Assembly (NCBI GenBank): GCA_964565225.1
Contig: CAZMEL010000024.1
Span: 1 to 43,732 of the forward strand
DNA: 43,732 nt
Reading direction: 5' to 3'
Source of the DNA: an uncultured Thermoanaerobaculia bacterium
GTDB lineage: Bacteria; Acidobacteriota; Thermoanaerobaculia; Multivoradales; J023
In this document: piece after piece, positions 1 to 9,000 of the stretch
Layout: each line of letters starts with the position of its first letter
How positions within the stretch are numbered: the stretch's first letter is position 1
The notes under the pieces: generated by a model
The model's database searches: none
Told to the model about the DNA's origin: nothing
What the model saw: only the letters and a program-made list of their open reading frames with translations
Position numbers and translations under genes: made by a program

Positions 1-46
1 CCCGCCGGCGGTCGACCCCTCGAATCCCTACTTCGTGTACTCGTAG

Positions 47-1960
47 TGGCAGCAGGGCAACCAGGTTCGCTACGACCGCAAGCCCTGTGAGATCGTCTAC
101 ATCCAGCCCCAGCCGGAGCCCGGGGATCCGGCGGAGCGCTGGAACTGGGATTCGCCGATCCTCATCAGCCCTCACGATCCGGCCCGGCTGTACTTCGCCA
201 GCCAGCGCGTGTGGCGGTCCGACGACCGGGGCGATTCGTGGCGCCCGATCTCCGGCGACCTCTCCCGCGGACAGGATCGCCTGACGCTGCCGATGATGGA
301 CCGGGTCTGGAGCTACGACGCGATCTGGGACCTGTGGGCCATGTCGAATTTCGGCAACGTCACCTCGCTCTCGGAGTCTCCCCTGGTGGAGGGCCTGCTC
401 TACGCCGGCACCGACGACGGCCTGGTGCAGGTGAGCGAGAACGGCGGCGAGAGCTGGCGACAGGCGGGCAGCCTGCCGGGCGTGCCGGAAGGGAGCTTCG
501 TCAACGACATCAAGGCCGATCAACACGACGCCGACACCGTGTACGTGGCCCTCGACAACCACAAGCAGGGCGACTTCCAGCCCTACCTGCTGAAGAGCAC
601 CGACCGCGGGCGCTCGTGGGCCGATCTCGCGGGAGATCTTCCCGATCGTCACCTGGTCTGGCGCCTGGTGCAGGACCACGTCGATCCCGACCTGCTCTTC
701 GTCGGTACCGAGCTCGGCGTGTTCTTCTCCGCGAACGGTGGCGGGCGCTGGGTCGAGCTCACCGGTGGCGTTCCCAACATCCCGTTCCGGGATCTGGCGA
801 TCCAGGCGCGGGAGAACGACCTCGTGGGTGCCACGTTCGGGCGCGGCTTCTACGTCCTCGACGACTACTCCCCCCTTCGGGATCTGTCGGAGGAAGCACT
901 GGACCAGGAAGCTCGGCTCTTCCCGGTCAAAGATGCCTGGTGGTACATCGAGCGACGGACCCTGGGGGCGAGCCAGAAGGCCTCCCAGGGAGATGCTTTC
1001 TACACCGCGCCGAATCCACCCTTCGGAGCGGTCTTCACCTACTACCTGCGCGACGGCTACGAGACCCGCGAGGCGCGGCGGCAGAAGAGCGAGAAGGAGA
1101 TCGCAGAAGCCGGTGGCGACACTCCGTATCCCGGCTGGGACGAGCTGCACCGGGAGGCGCGGGAAGAGGATCCGCGGATCGAGCTGACTGTGCGCTCCGC
1201 CGATGGGGATGTGGTGCGGCGCCTCACCGGGCCCGCCACTCCGGGTTTCCACCGCGTCGCCTGGGACCTCCGGTATCCCGACACGGATGCCTGGAATCCC
1301 GATCCCGAGGTCGATTTCTTCGGCACCTGGTCGACTCTTGCGTTCCCCGGCTCCTACTCGGTCACCCTGGCGAAGAGGGTCGACGGAACAGCCGAGGCTC
1401 TGGGCGAGCCCCAGAGCTTCGAGGTGGTTCCGCTCACCTCCGGCACCCTGCAGGGCATGAGCTACGAGAAGCTCGCAGGTTTCTTCTCCGAGTATCGTTC
1501 GTTCCGCCTCGCCTTGAGCGGAGCCGGCGCCACCCTGGAGCAGATGAGCCAGCGCCTGCGAGCCCTGCGGGAGAGCATGCTGTCGTCGGCGGTGGAGGAC
1601 GAAGCGCTCGAAGCCGAGGTCCGCGCCCTCGAATCGAGGCTGCTCGACACCCGGCAGAGCCTGTTCGGAGATCCGTTGAAGGACGAGCTCGGTGAGCCCG
1701 CACCGCCGGGAATCGCCGGCCGACTCCAGGTCGTGGAATTCGGCAACCGTTTCTCGACCTACGGACCGACCCCGACCCATCTACGGGTCTTCGAGATCGC
1801 GAAGTCCGAGTTCGCGGCGATCGAGAGCGAGCTCAACCGGATCTTCGAGACCGAGCTGCCCGCACTCGAGAAACGCCTCGAGGCCGCCGGCATCCGCTGG
1901 ACACCGGGCCGCGGCGTTCCGAGCCCGCGCGCAGAACCTCAGAATTCCTCTCGTCGATAG
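47..1960 (+). CDS. BNR/Asp-box repeat (sortilin/VPS10-like, 'glycosyl hydrolase BNR') protein. 5' partial: the frame continues to the window start but is interrupted by TAG at 44-46.
   Basis: Frame-2 translation from 47 reads WQQGNQVRYDRKPCEIVYIQ...WNWDSPILISPHDPARLYFASQRVWRSDDRGDSWRPIS. It contains repeated S/D-x-D-x-G-x-(T/S)-W Asp-box motifs (SDDRGDSW, SENGGESW, STDRGRSW, SANGGGRW), typical of sortilin-like BNR proteins. The ORF track starts at GTG 209, but family-like sequence clearly extends upstream to the stop at 44-46. Before that stop the same frame reads ...DPSNPYFVYS. Confidence 0.6.
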   Translation, partial: WQQGNQVRYDRKPCEIVYIQPQPEPGDPAERWNWDSPILISPHDPARLYFASQRVWRSDDRGDSWRPISGDLSRGQDRLTLPMMDRVWSYDAIWDLWAMSNFGNVTSLSESPLVEGLLYAGTDDGLVQVSENGGESWRQAGSLPGVPEGSFVNDIKADQHDADTVYVALDNHKQGDFQPYLLKSTDRGRSWADLAGDLPDRHLVWRLVQDHVDPDLLFVGTELGVFFSANGGGRWVELTGGVPNIPFRDLAIQARENDLVGATFGRGFYVLDDYSPLRDLSEEALDQEARLFPVKDAWWYIERRTLGASQKASQGDAFYTAPNPPFGAVFTYYLRDGYETREARRQKSEKEIAEAGGDTPYPGWDELHREAREEDPRIELTVRSADGDVVRRLTGPATPGFHRVAWDLRYPDTDAWNPDPEVDFFGTWSTLAFPGSYSVTLAKRVDGTAEALGEPQSFEVVPLTSGTLQGMSYEKLAGFFSEYRSFRLALSGAGATLEQMSQRLRALRESMLSSAVEDEALEAEVRALESRLLDTRQSLFGDPLKDELGEPAPPGIAGRLQVVEFGNRFSTYGPTPTHLRVFEIAKSEFAAIESELNRIFETELPALEKRLEAAGIRWTPGRGVPSPRAEPQNSSRR

Positions 1961-1973
1961 CGCTTCTGGGTTC

Positions 1974-4064
1974 TCAAGTCGTCGTCAGGCCCCGGCGTTC
2001 GAGCAGTGGCTCGATGTCGGGGTCCGTGCCCCGGAACCGCCGGTAGAGGTCCATCGGCGGTTCCGTATCCCCCGCCTCGAGAATATTGCGCCGGTACGAC
2101 GCCGACAGCTCCGGGTCGAAGAGACCGGTTTGCTCGAAGGCGTGGAAGGTATCGGCGTCGAGCACCTCGGCCCAGATGTAGCTGTAGTACCCGGCGGAGT
2201 ACCCGCCGCCGAAGATATGGCTGAAGTTGGTGCTGTGGTAGCGGGGCGCGATCTCGGGAATCAGGCCGAGGTCGTCCATCACCGCCTTCTCGAACGACAA
2301 GACGTCGAGCTCTTCGTCGGTCACCACGCGATGCCAGGCCATGTCGAGAAAGCTGGCGGCGAGATACTCGGTGGTGGCAAAGCCCTGGTTGAACCGCTGC
2401 GCCCGGAGCATCTTCTGCACCAGCTCGGCGGGAATCACCTCGTCGGTTTCGTAGTGGCGGGCGTAGAGCTCCAACACCTCGGGAGCGGTGGCCCAGTTCT
2501 CGAAGAGCTGGGAGGGAAGCTCCACGAAATCGCGGGCGACCTCGGTGCCGGAGTGGCTGCGGTACTGGCAGCGGGTCAACATACCGTGCAGGGCATGCCC
2601 GAACTCGTGGAAGAGAGTAAAGACCTCCTCCATGCTGAGCAACGCGGGTCGGTCGTCCGTGGGGCGGGTGAAATTGCAGACGTTGGTCACCAGGGGCCGA
2701 ATGTCTTCGCCGTCGGGGGTGATCCACTGGTCGCGGAAGACGGACATCCAGGCACCCCCGCGCTTGCTCGGGCGGGGGTGGAAATCGCAGTAGAAAAGAG
2801 CGAGGTGGGAGTCGTCGGCATCGCGCACCTCGAAGACATTCACCTCCTCGTGGTAGGTCGGAATGCCCGACAGCCGATGGAAGCGAATGCCGAAGAGGCG
2901 CTCGGCCACGAGAAAGGCACCGTCTCGCACGCGTTCGAGGGAGAAATAGGGACGCAGCTCCTCCTCGTCGAAGTCGAAACGCAGGCTGCGAACCTTCTCG
3001 GCGTAGAACCACCAATCCCACGGGGCGAGCTGGAAGCCTCCGTCTTCCTGGTCGATCAGGGCCTGCATCTCCGCCCGCTCGCGCCGGGCCCGCTCCAGGG
3101 CCGGAGCCCAGAGCTGCCGCAGGAGCGCCTCGACCTTCGCCGGGGTCTCGGCCATGTTGTCTTCGAGAATCATGTGGGCGTGGCTCTCGTAGCCGAGCAG
3201 GCGAGCCTTCTTCGAACGCAGAACCACGGTTTCGCGAATGATGGCCTTGGTGTCGTTGGCGTCGTCGTGGTTTCCCCGCTGGGTGTAGGCGCGGTACATC
3301 TGCTCTCGCAGGTCTCGCCGCTCGGAATACTGCAGGAAGGGGATCAGGCTCGGCTTGTGCAGGGTGAAGGCCCAGGCTCCGGCATGGCCGCGGGCCTCGG
3401 CGGTGCGGGCGGCCGCGTGGCGCGCGCCCGGAGACAGGCCGGCGAGGTCGGCCTCGTTCTCGATCACCAGCTCGAAGGCGTTGTCCTCCGCCAGAACCTT
3501 CTTGTAGAACTCCTGCGCGAGAACGGCCAGGCGCTGGTTGTAGCCCCGCAGCGTCTCCTTGTCTTCGTCCGCGAGATTGGCCCCACCGCGGAGAAACTCC
3601 TTCCAGGTCTGGTCGAGAAGCCGGCGTTGCGCCTGGCTCAGCTCGCTCGGGTCCTGGGCCTCGTACACCGTGCGGATGCGCTCGAACAGGCGGGGATCGA
3701 GCAAGATGTCGTCGGAGTGTTGCGAGAGCTGCCCGGCGATGCGGGAGATGATCTCCTGCAGCTCGGGAGTGGTGTGGGCGGAGTTCAGGCACGAGATCAG
3801 GTTGTCCATGCTCGCCAGCAGCAACCCCGAGTGCTCGAGCGCCTCGATGGTGTTGTGGAAATCGGGAGGCGCCGGGTCGTTCAGGATGGCCTCGACCTCC
3901 CGCTTCTGAATGGCCATCGCCTCCTCGAAGCCGGCATCGAAGTGCCGTGGGCGAATGCGGTCGAAAGGAGGAGCGCCGAATGGGGCGGTGAAGGGCCGGA
4001 CGAGAGGGTTCTCGGTCTCGGAAGAGGATTCTGGAGTCGTATCGAGCGTCGCGGTGTCGTTCAT
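1974..4064 (-). CDS. dcp: Peptidyl-dipeptidase Dcp (M3A zinc metallopeptidase), 696 aa.
   Basis: HEFGHALH zinc-binding motif. Long-range similarity pattern typical of M3 oligopeptidase/Dcp (FHEFGH...E...GGYSAGYYSY...). I chose the MNDTATL start at 4064 (plus-strand 'cat' at 4062-4064) because the longer ORF-track N-terminal extension is Arg/Pro-rich junk. The ATG overlaps the upstream gene's TGA as ATGA. Confidence 0.85.
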   Translation of the reverse strand: MNDTATLDTTPESSSETENPLVRPFTAPFGAPPFDRIRPRHFDAGFEEAMAIQKREVEAILNDPAPPDFHNTIEALEHSGLLLASMDNLISCLNSAHTTPELQEIISRIAGQLSQHSDDILLDPRLFERIRTVYEAQDPSELSQAQRRLLDQTWKEFLRGGANLADEDKETLRGYNQRLAVLAQEFYKKVLAEDNAFELVIENEADLAGLSPGARHAAARTAEARGHAGAWAFTLHKPSLIPFLQYSERRDLREQMYRAYTQRGNHDDANDTKAIIRETVVLRSKKARLLGYESHAHMILEDNMAETPAKVEALLRQLWAPALERARRERAEMQALIDQEDGGFQLAPWDWWFYAEKVRSLRFDFDEEELRPYFSLERVRDGAFLVAERLFGIRFHRLSGIPTYHEEVNVFEVRDADDSHLALFYCDFHPRPSKRGGAWMSVFRDQWITPDGEDIRPLVTNVCNFTRPTDDRPALLSMEEVFTLFHEFGHALHGMLTRCQYRSHSGTEVARDFVELPSQLFENWATAPEVLELYARHYETDEVIPAELVQKMLRAQRFNQGFATTEYLAASFLDMAWHRVVTDEELDVLSFEKAVMDDLGLIPEIAPRYHSTNFSHIFGGGYSAGYYSYIWAEVLDADTFHAFEQTGLFDPELSASYRRNILEAGDTEPPMDLYRRFRGTDPDIEPLLERRGLTTT

Positions 4065-5965
4065 GGAGAGATACTTTCTGGCTTTTTCTCCGCCCGGCGC
4101 TGCCGGAACGAAGGAAATGAATGGGTTGGTCTGCCGGCTCTCCCCTCTCGGGCCAGGCGGCCGGCGGTCTTGATGCCTCCCATGGCGGCACCAAGGGTGC
4201 TCTGGCCGGGGAATATAGAGTCTCCCACGAGATACAGCCCGGGCAAGATCCGGGGTGGGATCAGATCCCGATAGCTCGTCCACCCCGCTCGGCGTGGAAT
4301 GCCCCCCACGAAACCTTCGGGGCGCCCGGTGAAGCGCTCGAAGGTACGTGGAGAGGCGGTCATCTGGTGTTTCACTTCGGCGCCGAGCTCGGGGGCGAGC
4401 CGATCGAGGGTTTCCGACATCCGCCGGTGGATGGCATCGATCCGGGCGATCCGCTGATCTTTCGGCAGAGTGCGGAGCTCGGCCAGGGGCGCATGGGTGG
4501 AGACGGTGAGCGTCCGGAAGCCATCGGGAGCTCGGTCTCCGTCCTCGGGGCCGCTGAGGGAGCAGAAGAGGTGATTGCCTTCTTGGAGCGGGGCCCGAGG
4601 ATCGGCGATCAGCTCGAAGTGGTGGGGGTGGTCGGCCAGATGCCAAGGAGGCCGCAAGACCCGGTAGAGCATGCAGGCGCCCCAACCCGTCTCGACCCGC
4701 TCCTGGGCGCGCTGTAGCCAGCGGTGCCGGTCGAGCCTCCCGCCCGTCATCTTACGGAGCGCCACGGGCAGGAGATTGGCCACCACGGAGCGGGTCCGGA
4801 TCTCGCCACGCCGGGTGTGGACGAGGAAGGAGCCGTCCTGGGGCTCGATCTCCCGCACCCGATGGGTGAACGAGACCTCACCGCCCGCCTGCTCGATGGC
4901 GTCGACCATGCCCCAGGCGAGGCTGCCGATGCCGCCGCGCACGTGCCCGGTGCCGCGGAAGTAGTAGTCCATGGCGCTCAGGGCGAAGGGCGCCTCGGCC
5001 TCGTCGACCCCACACTGTACGGTGATCTGGCAGAGAGCGTCGAGAAAGGTGCGGAGTGGCGTGAAACCGGCCAGCCCGTAGCGTTCCAGAACCGCCCCCA
5101 CGGGGCGTCCGACCAGGCGCAACAGGGGCAGGTAGCGGAGACTTCGCCGCAGGTGCCACCCACCTGCGGCGAGCGAGCCCGACGAGAAGGAAAACGGAGG
5201 CAAGCGGCTGGGGTCGTCGAAGAGGGGCCAGAGGAGATCGGCGATCTCTTGTTGGTGACGAAAGAATCGTTCGAGGCGTTCCCTCGGGGCGCCGGGCAGA
5301 TCGAGAAACCTGGCCTCGAAAACGGAACGCCGGCTGGAGATGGGCAGGGTCAGCTCGGGGGTTCGCAGCTCCACGGCGGGGTCGAGGGGCTCGAAGGTCA
5401 CCGGGAGCGAGTAACGATCGATCCACCGGCGAAAGATCTGCCCCTCGCCGAATCCCGAGAACAGGGTGGCCCCGGCTTCGAAACGAAACCCTCCGTGAGA
5501 GAAGGTGCTGGCGCATCCGCCGGGGTATTTGAGGGACTCGCAGAGCTCGACCCGTGCTCCTCCTTCGGCCAGCGAGAGAGCGGCGGCGAGACCGGCGAAA
5601 CCGGCTCCGACCACCACGCAATCTCGATCTTCGGTTCGGCCCGACGACTTCATGGAAGGGTGATCTGTGCCGGAGCGCCGGGGGCCACCTGGACGGAGGG
5701 GCTCGAAGGTCACCGGGAGCGAGTAACGATCGATCCACCGGCGAAAGATCTGCCCCTCGCCGAATCCCGAGAACAGGGTGGCCCCGGCTTCGAAACGAAA
5801 CCCTCCGTGAGAGAAGGTGCTGGCGCATCCGCCGGGGTATTTGAGGGACTCGCAGAGCTCGACCCGTGCTCCTCCTTCGGCCAGCGAGAGAGCGGCGGCG
5901 AGACCGGCGAAACCGGCTCCGACCACCACGCAATCTCGATCTTCGGTTCGGCCCGACGACTTCAT
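4061..5965 (-). CDS. FAD/NAD(P)-binding oxidoreductase of the phytoene-desaturase (CrtI/COG1233) family. It carries an in-frame 104-aa N-terminal duplication. The un-duplicated gene would be 4061..5653.
   Basis: N-terminal Rossmann dinucleotide-binding motif VVVGAGFAGLAAALSLAEGGARVELCE (GxGxxG) followed by GGCASTFSHGGFRFEAGATLFSGF. C-terminal GLYLVGDSIFPGQSTLGAAMGG is typical of CrtI-like amine-oxidase-fold enzymes. The first 104 residues (MKSSGRTEDRDCVVVG...VTFEPL + RPGGPRRSGTDHPS) are repeated exactly, because of the 312-bp tandem duplication. The stop overlaps the dcp ATG (ATGA). Confidence 0.6.
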   Translation of the reverse strand: MKSSGRTEDRDCVVVGAGFAGLAAALSLAEGGARVELCESLKYPGGCASTFSHGGFRFEAGATLFSGFGEGQIFRRWIDRYSLPVTFEPLRPGGPRRSGTDHPSMKSSGRTEDRDCVVVGAGFAGLAAALSLAEGGARVELCESLKYPGGCASTFSHGGFRFEAGATLFSGFGEGQIFRRWIDRYSLPVTFEPLDPAVELRTPELTLPISSRRSVFEARFLDLPGAPRERLERFFRHQQEIADLLWPLFDDPSRLPPFSFSSGSLAAGGWHLRRSLRYLPLLRLVGRPVGAVLERYGLAGFTPLRTFLDALCQITVQCGVDEAEAPFALSAMDYYFRGTGHVRGGIGSLAWGMVDAIEQAGGEVSFTHRVREIEPQDGSFLVHTRRGEIRTRSVVANLLPVALRKMTGGRLDRHRWLQRAQERVETGWGACMLYRVLRPPWHLADHPHHFELIADPRAPLQEGNHLFCSLSGPEDGDRAPDGFRTLTVSTHAPLAELRTLPKDQRIARIDAIHRRMSETLDRLAPELGAEVKHQMTASPRTFERFTGRPEGFVGGIPRRAGWTSYRDLIPPRILPGLYLVGDSIFPGQSTLGAAMGGIKTAGRLAREGRAGRPTHSFPSFRQRRAEKKPESISP

Positions 5966-6010
5966 GGAAGGGTGATCTGTGCCGGAGCGCCGGGGGCCAC
6001 CTGGACGGAG
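5384..6010. repeat. Perfect tandem direct duplication, 2 x 312 bp (5384-5695 and 5696-6007), with 3-bp GAG microhomology at the junctions.
   Basis: Base-by-base comparison shows the two copies are identical by eye over 312 bp. Each copy contains the last about 45 nt of the giant upstream gene, the ATGA start/stop overlap, and the first 267 nt of the oxidoreductase gene. The unit length is divisible by 3, so the oxidoreductase reading frame is preserved. Confidence 0.85.
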
Positions 6011-9000
6011 CCGGTCCAGGCTCGCCCGTCCTGGGCCTCGACCGTGACCGTCCAGAAACCAGGAGCGAGGTCGGAGATCTGGAAGCGACCACTCCGTACC
6101 GAGATCTCGGTGGAGACCGTGCCGGTCCAGCCCAGGCGGCGGTAGCGGGTGCCTCCCGCGTCCACCAGTCGGGCGGAGGCGTCCACGGGATCGGATTCGA
6201 GCTCGGAGACGGTCACGTCCAGGCTCGCTGCGGGCTGCAGAGTCAGGACCCCCGGATTGCCCGGCGCGGTGACGCGGAAGCTCGACACGGCGCTCTCCCC
6301 ACCTTGCAGGAGCAGCTCCCAGCTGCCGGAGGGAACCGTGGAGATCTCCACCAGACCGCCGTCGGTGGTCTCGAAGGTACCGCTGGCGATGCGCTCTCCG
6401 GAGGCGCCCAGGACCGCGGCCCGAACCCCTTCGAGGGGGCGTCCGGAGGGCTGCGCGACCCGGAAGCGAATCCCCTCGGTCGCTTCGAGGGCGAGCTCCA
6501 GGTCGTCGATGACGAGGCCGGCATCGACCTCTACGGTGATCTCGTCGGTGGCGTAGCCGGTCTTGATGGCGCGCACGTTGAAGCGCCCCTCGGAGACCTC
6601 GCCGAAGCTGAAGTATCCCCGTACGTCGCTGCTCGCCTGGTCGCGGAGGCCGGGGTTGTCCGGGTCGGCGGATTCGAGACGCAACACGGCGTCGTTGATC
6701 GGTGTCGAGTCGTCGGCGTCGCGAACGAATCCGGAGATCCGGCCGGTGAAGATGTCGATCCGGATGTCCTCGTCGCTCGTGAGCTCGAGCTCACGCCGGT
6801 CGCTGAGGCCGTTGTCGAAGCTGCGGACCCGGACCTCGTAGGTGCCTTCTTCGAGACCTTCGATCCGGAAGGTCCCGTCTTGCCCGGTCACCGCCGACGA
6901 CGCCCCGGGGCCGTCGCGGCGAGAGACGTAGACGTTCATGCCGGGCAAGGGCTCGTCGGACCGATAGACGGTTCCGGTCAACGTGAAGCCGGTCCCGAAC
7001 TCCAGATCCTGGGTCACCTCCACGGCTCCCTCCGGAATCGGCACGGATTCCTGGACCCGGCGTCCGGTGCCCGGAATCTCCGCTTCGAGAATGACCGAGC
7101 CTGTGGGGAGGTTGGGCAGGGAGTATCGGCCCTCGTAGTCGGGGCGGGCCGTCTGGGTTCCCCGGGACAGGGCCCGGACCTGGACCTTGACCATGTCGTC
7201 GTACTCCAGGCCGAGAATTCGTCCGCTGACCGTGGCGCCGCGGGTCATCACGACTTCCAGGCCCTGGAGAGGCGCGATGTCGACCTCCAGCGTATCCTGC
7301 TCTTCCCGGGCGACGAATCCTTCTTTGGAGGCGCGCAGGCGGTAGGTTCCCGGGCGCACGTCACCGATCCGGAAGGTGCCGTCGGGCCCGGTGGTGCTCC
7401 CCAGGTTGCCGAGGCGGAATCCCGCCGTCCGCCGTTCCTCTCGCAGGTACACCTCGACAGCCGAGACCGGCTGGCCCTGCTCGTCGCGCACCCAGCCACT
7501 GACATCTACCCCGTTCTCGAACACCAGGTCGACCTCGAGCTCGTCGCGATCGAGGACCACGCTGGTGGCGGCTCGCCGACCCTCGGTGTCGGTCGCCGAC
7601 AGGCGATGGTTGCCGTAGGGTATGCCGGAGAGCTCGTAGTGCCCCTCGCCGTCGGTAGCGGCGAAACCCTTGTTCTGGCGCGTCCCGGAGTGATCGCCGA
7701 GCATCACGTAGGCGTCGATGGCGGGGCTCCCGTCGGCGAGGGTGACCCGGCCGCGAATCGTGGCGCCGGCCGCGAGCTCGATCTGCAGGTCGGTGAGCGG
7801 GCGATCCGCGGGGATCTCGACGCCCGAGAGCTGGAATTCCTGGAAGCCGCTGGCCCGGGTGGTGATGGTGGCGCTGCCGGGCTCGACGTTGCTGACCTCG
7901 AAGGCGCCTTCCTCGTCGCTGGTTGCCTGGCGGCTCGACGGGCTGTAGCGGCCCGAGCTTCCACTTCCCTCGGGATGCACCATCACCAGCGCCGCCGCAA
8001 CCGGTAGCCCCGAGTCGTCGACCACTCGCCCGGAGACGGAAGAGCCGCGGCGCAGAGTGACCCGCAGAGGAGTTTCGGTAGGGGCTCGGACACTGGCGAG
8101 AACCTGGGGCAGGAAACCCTCCTTGCCGACCACCACGTGCACCGCCTCTCCACGGGTGCGGTCGGAAAGGGTGAACTCGCCCTCGACGTCGGACGTCGTG
8201 TCGGGCTCCTGCTGGCCGACCAGCTGCACCAGGAAGGTGGCGGGCATGCGGCTGCGCTGCTCGATCACCAGCACCATGGCTCCGGCGATCGGCTGCCCCT
8301 GAGAATCGAAGACCTTGCCTCGGATGTGTGCGCCGGGGGTCATCACCAGGGTGCCGAGGTCGATCGGGCTCACGTCTTCGGGGATCTCCAGCCCCGGTGC
8401 TTGGGTCGGCGCGAAACCGTCGGCCCGGGCCTCGAGGTCGAAACGTCCGGCGGCGATATCGCGGATCTCGAAGAACCCTTCGGCGTCGGTCACGGCATCG
8501 GCCGGAGTCTCTTCGCGGGGCCTGAACGCAGTCGATCGCCGGCTCTGGGGAGGATTCGTGGGCTGTAGGAAGATCTCGGCACCGGCGAGAGGTTGGTCCT
8601 CTTCGTCTACCACCCGACCCTTGCCGACCAATCCCTGGGCGAGGACGATCTCTACGGGTTCCTGGTCGATGGGGGCCTCGAGGCGCACCTCTCGCGGACC
8701 GAAGCCCGTTTTCGAGACTCGCAACAAGACTCCGTCTTCGGGAGTCAGGCCGCTGATTCGAAAATGGCCGTCGGGCAGGCTGCGGCCGAGCACCGAGCGC
8801 ATCTGTCGCGAAAGGCGGCGGCGTTGGTTGGTGAAGAGGGGCCGTGCCTCGATCTCGGCGCCGACGATCGGGTTCGAGTCGGTATCCACCACGGTGCCTT
8901 CGAGCGCCGTGGCAGGCTCCAGGCTGAAGGTCGGTCCGCGGGCCTCCGCGCCCTCGGTCCACTCGACGGCGGGTTGGTAGCCGCGGGCCGTCGCCCGTAG

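Noticed and set aside
44-46. TAG in the BNR gene read as pyrrolysine or a programmed read-through
   Set aside because: There is no supporting context (no pyl genes visible and only one occurrence). A sequencing error or pseudogenisation is far more parsimonious.
1692-4274. Long overlapping ORFs 1692..4274 (+) 860 aa and 1939..4194 (-) 751 aa
   Set aside because: They are antisense or out-of-frame to the clearly recognisable dcp gene, Arg/Pro/Gly-rich, and have no motifs. They are typical spurious ORFs of 70% GC DNA.
5554-8007. Plus-strand ORFs 5554..5844 and 5866..8007, which share an identical N-terminus (MLLLRPARERRRDRRNRLRPP...)
   Set aside because: The identical starts simply reflect the 312-bp tandem duplication read on the opposite strand. 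The 713-aa ORF is antisense to the giant CarbopepD_reg gene and is low-complexity.
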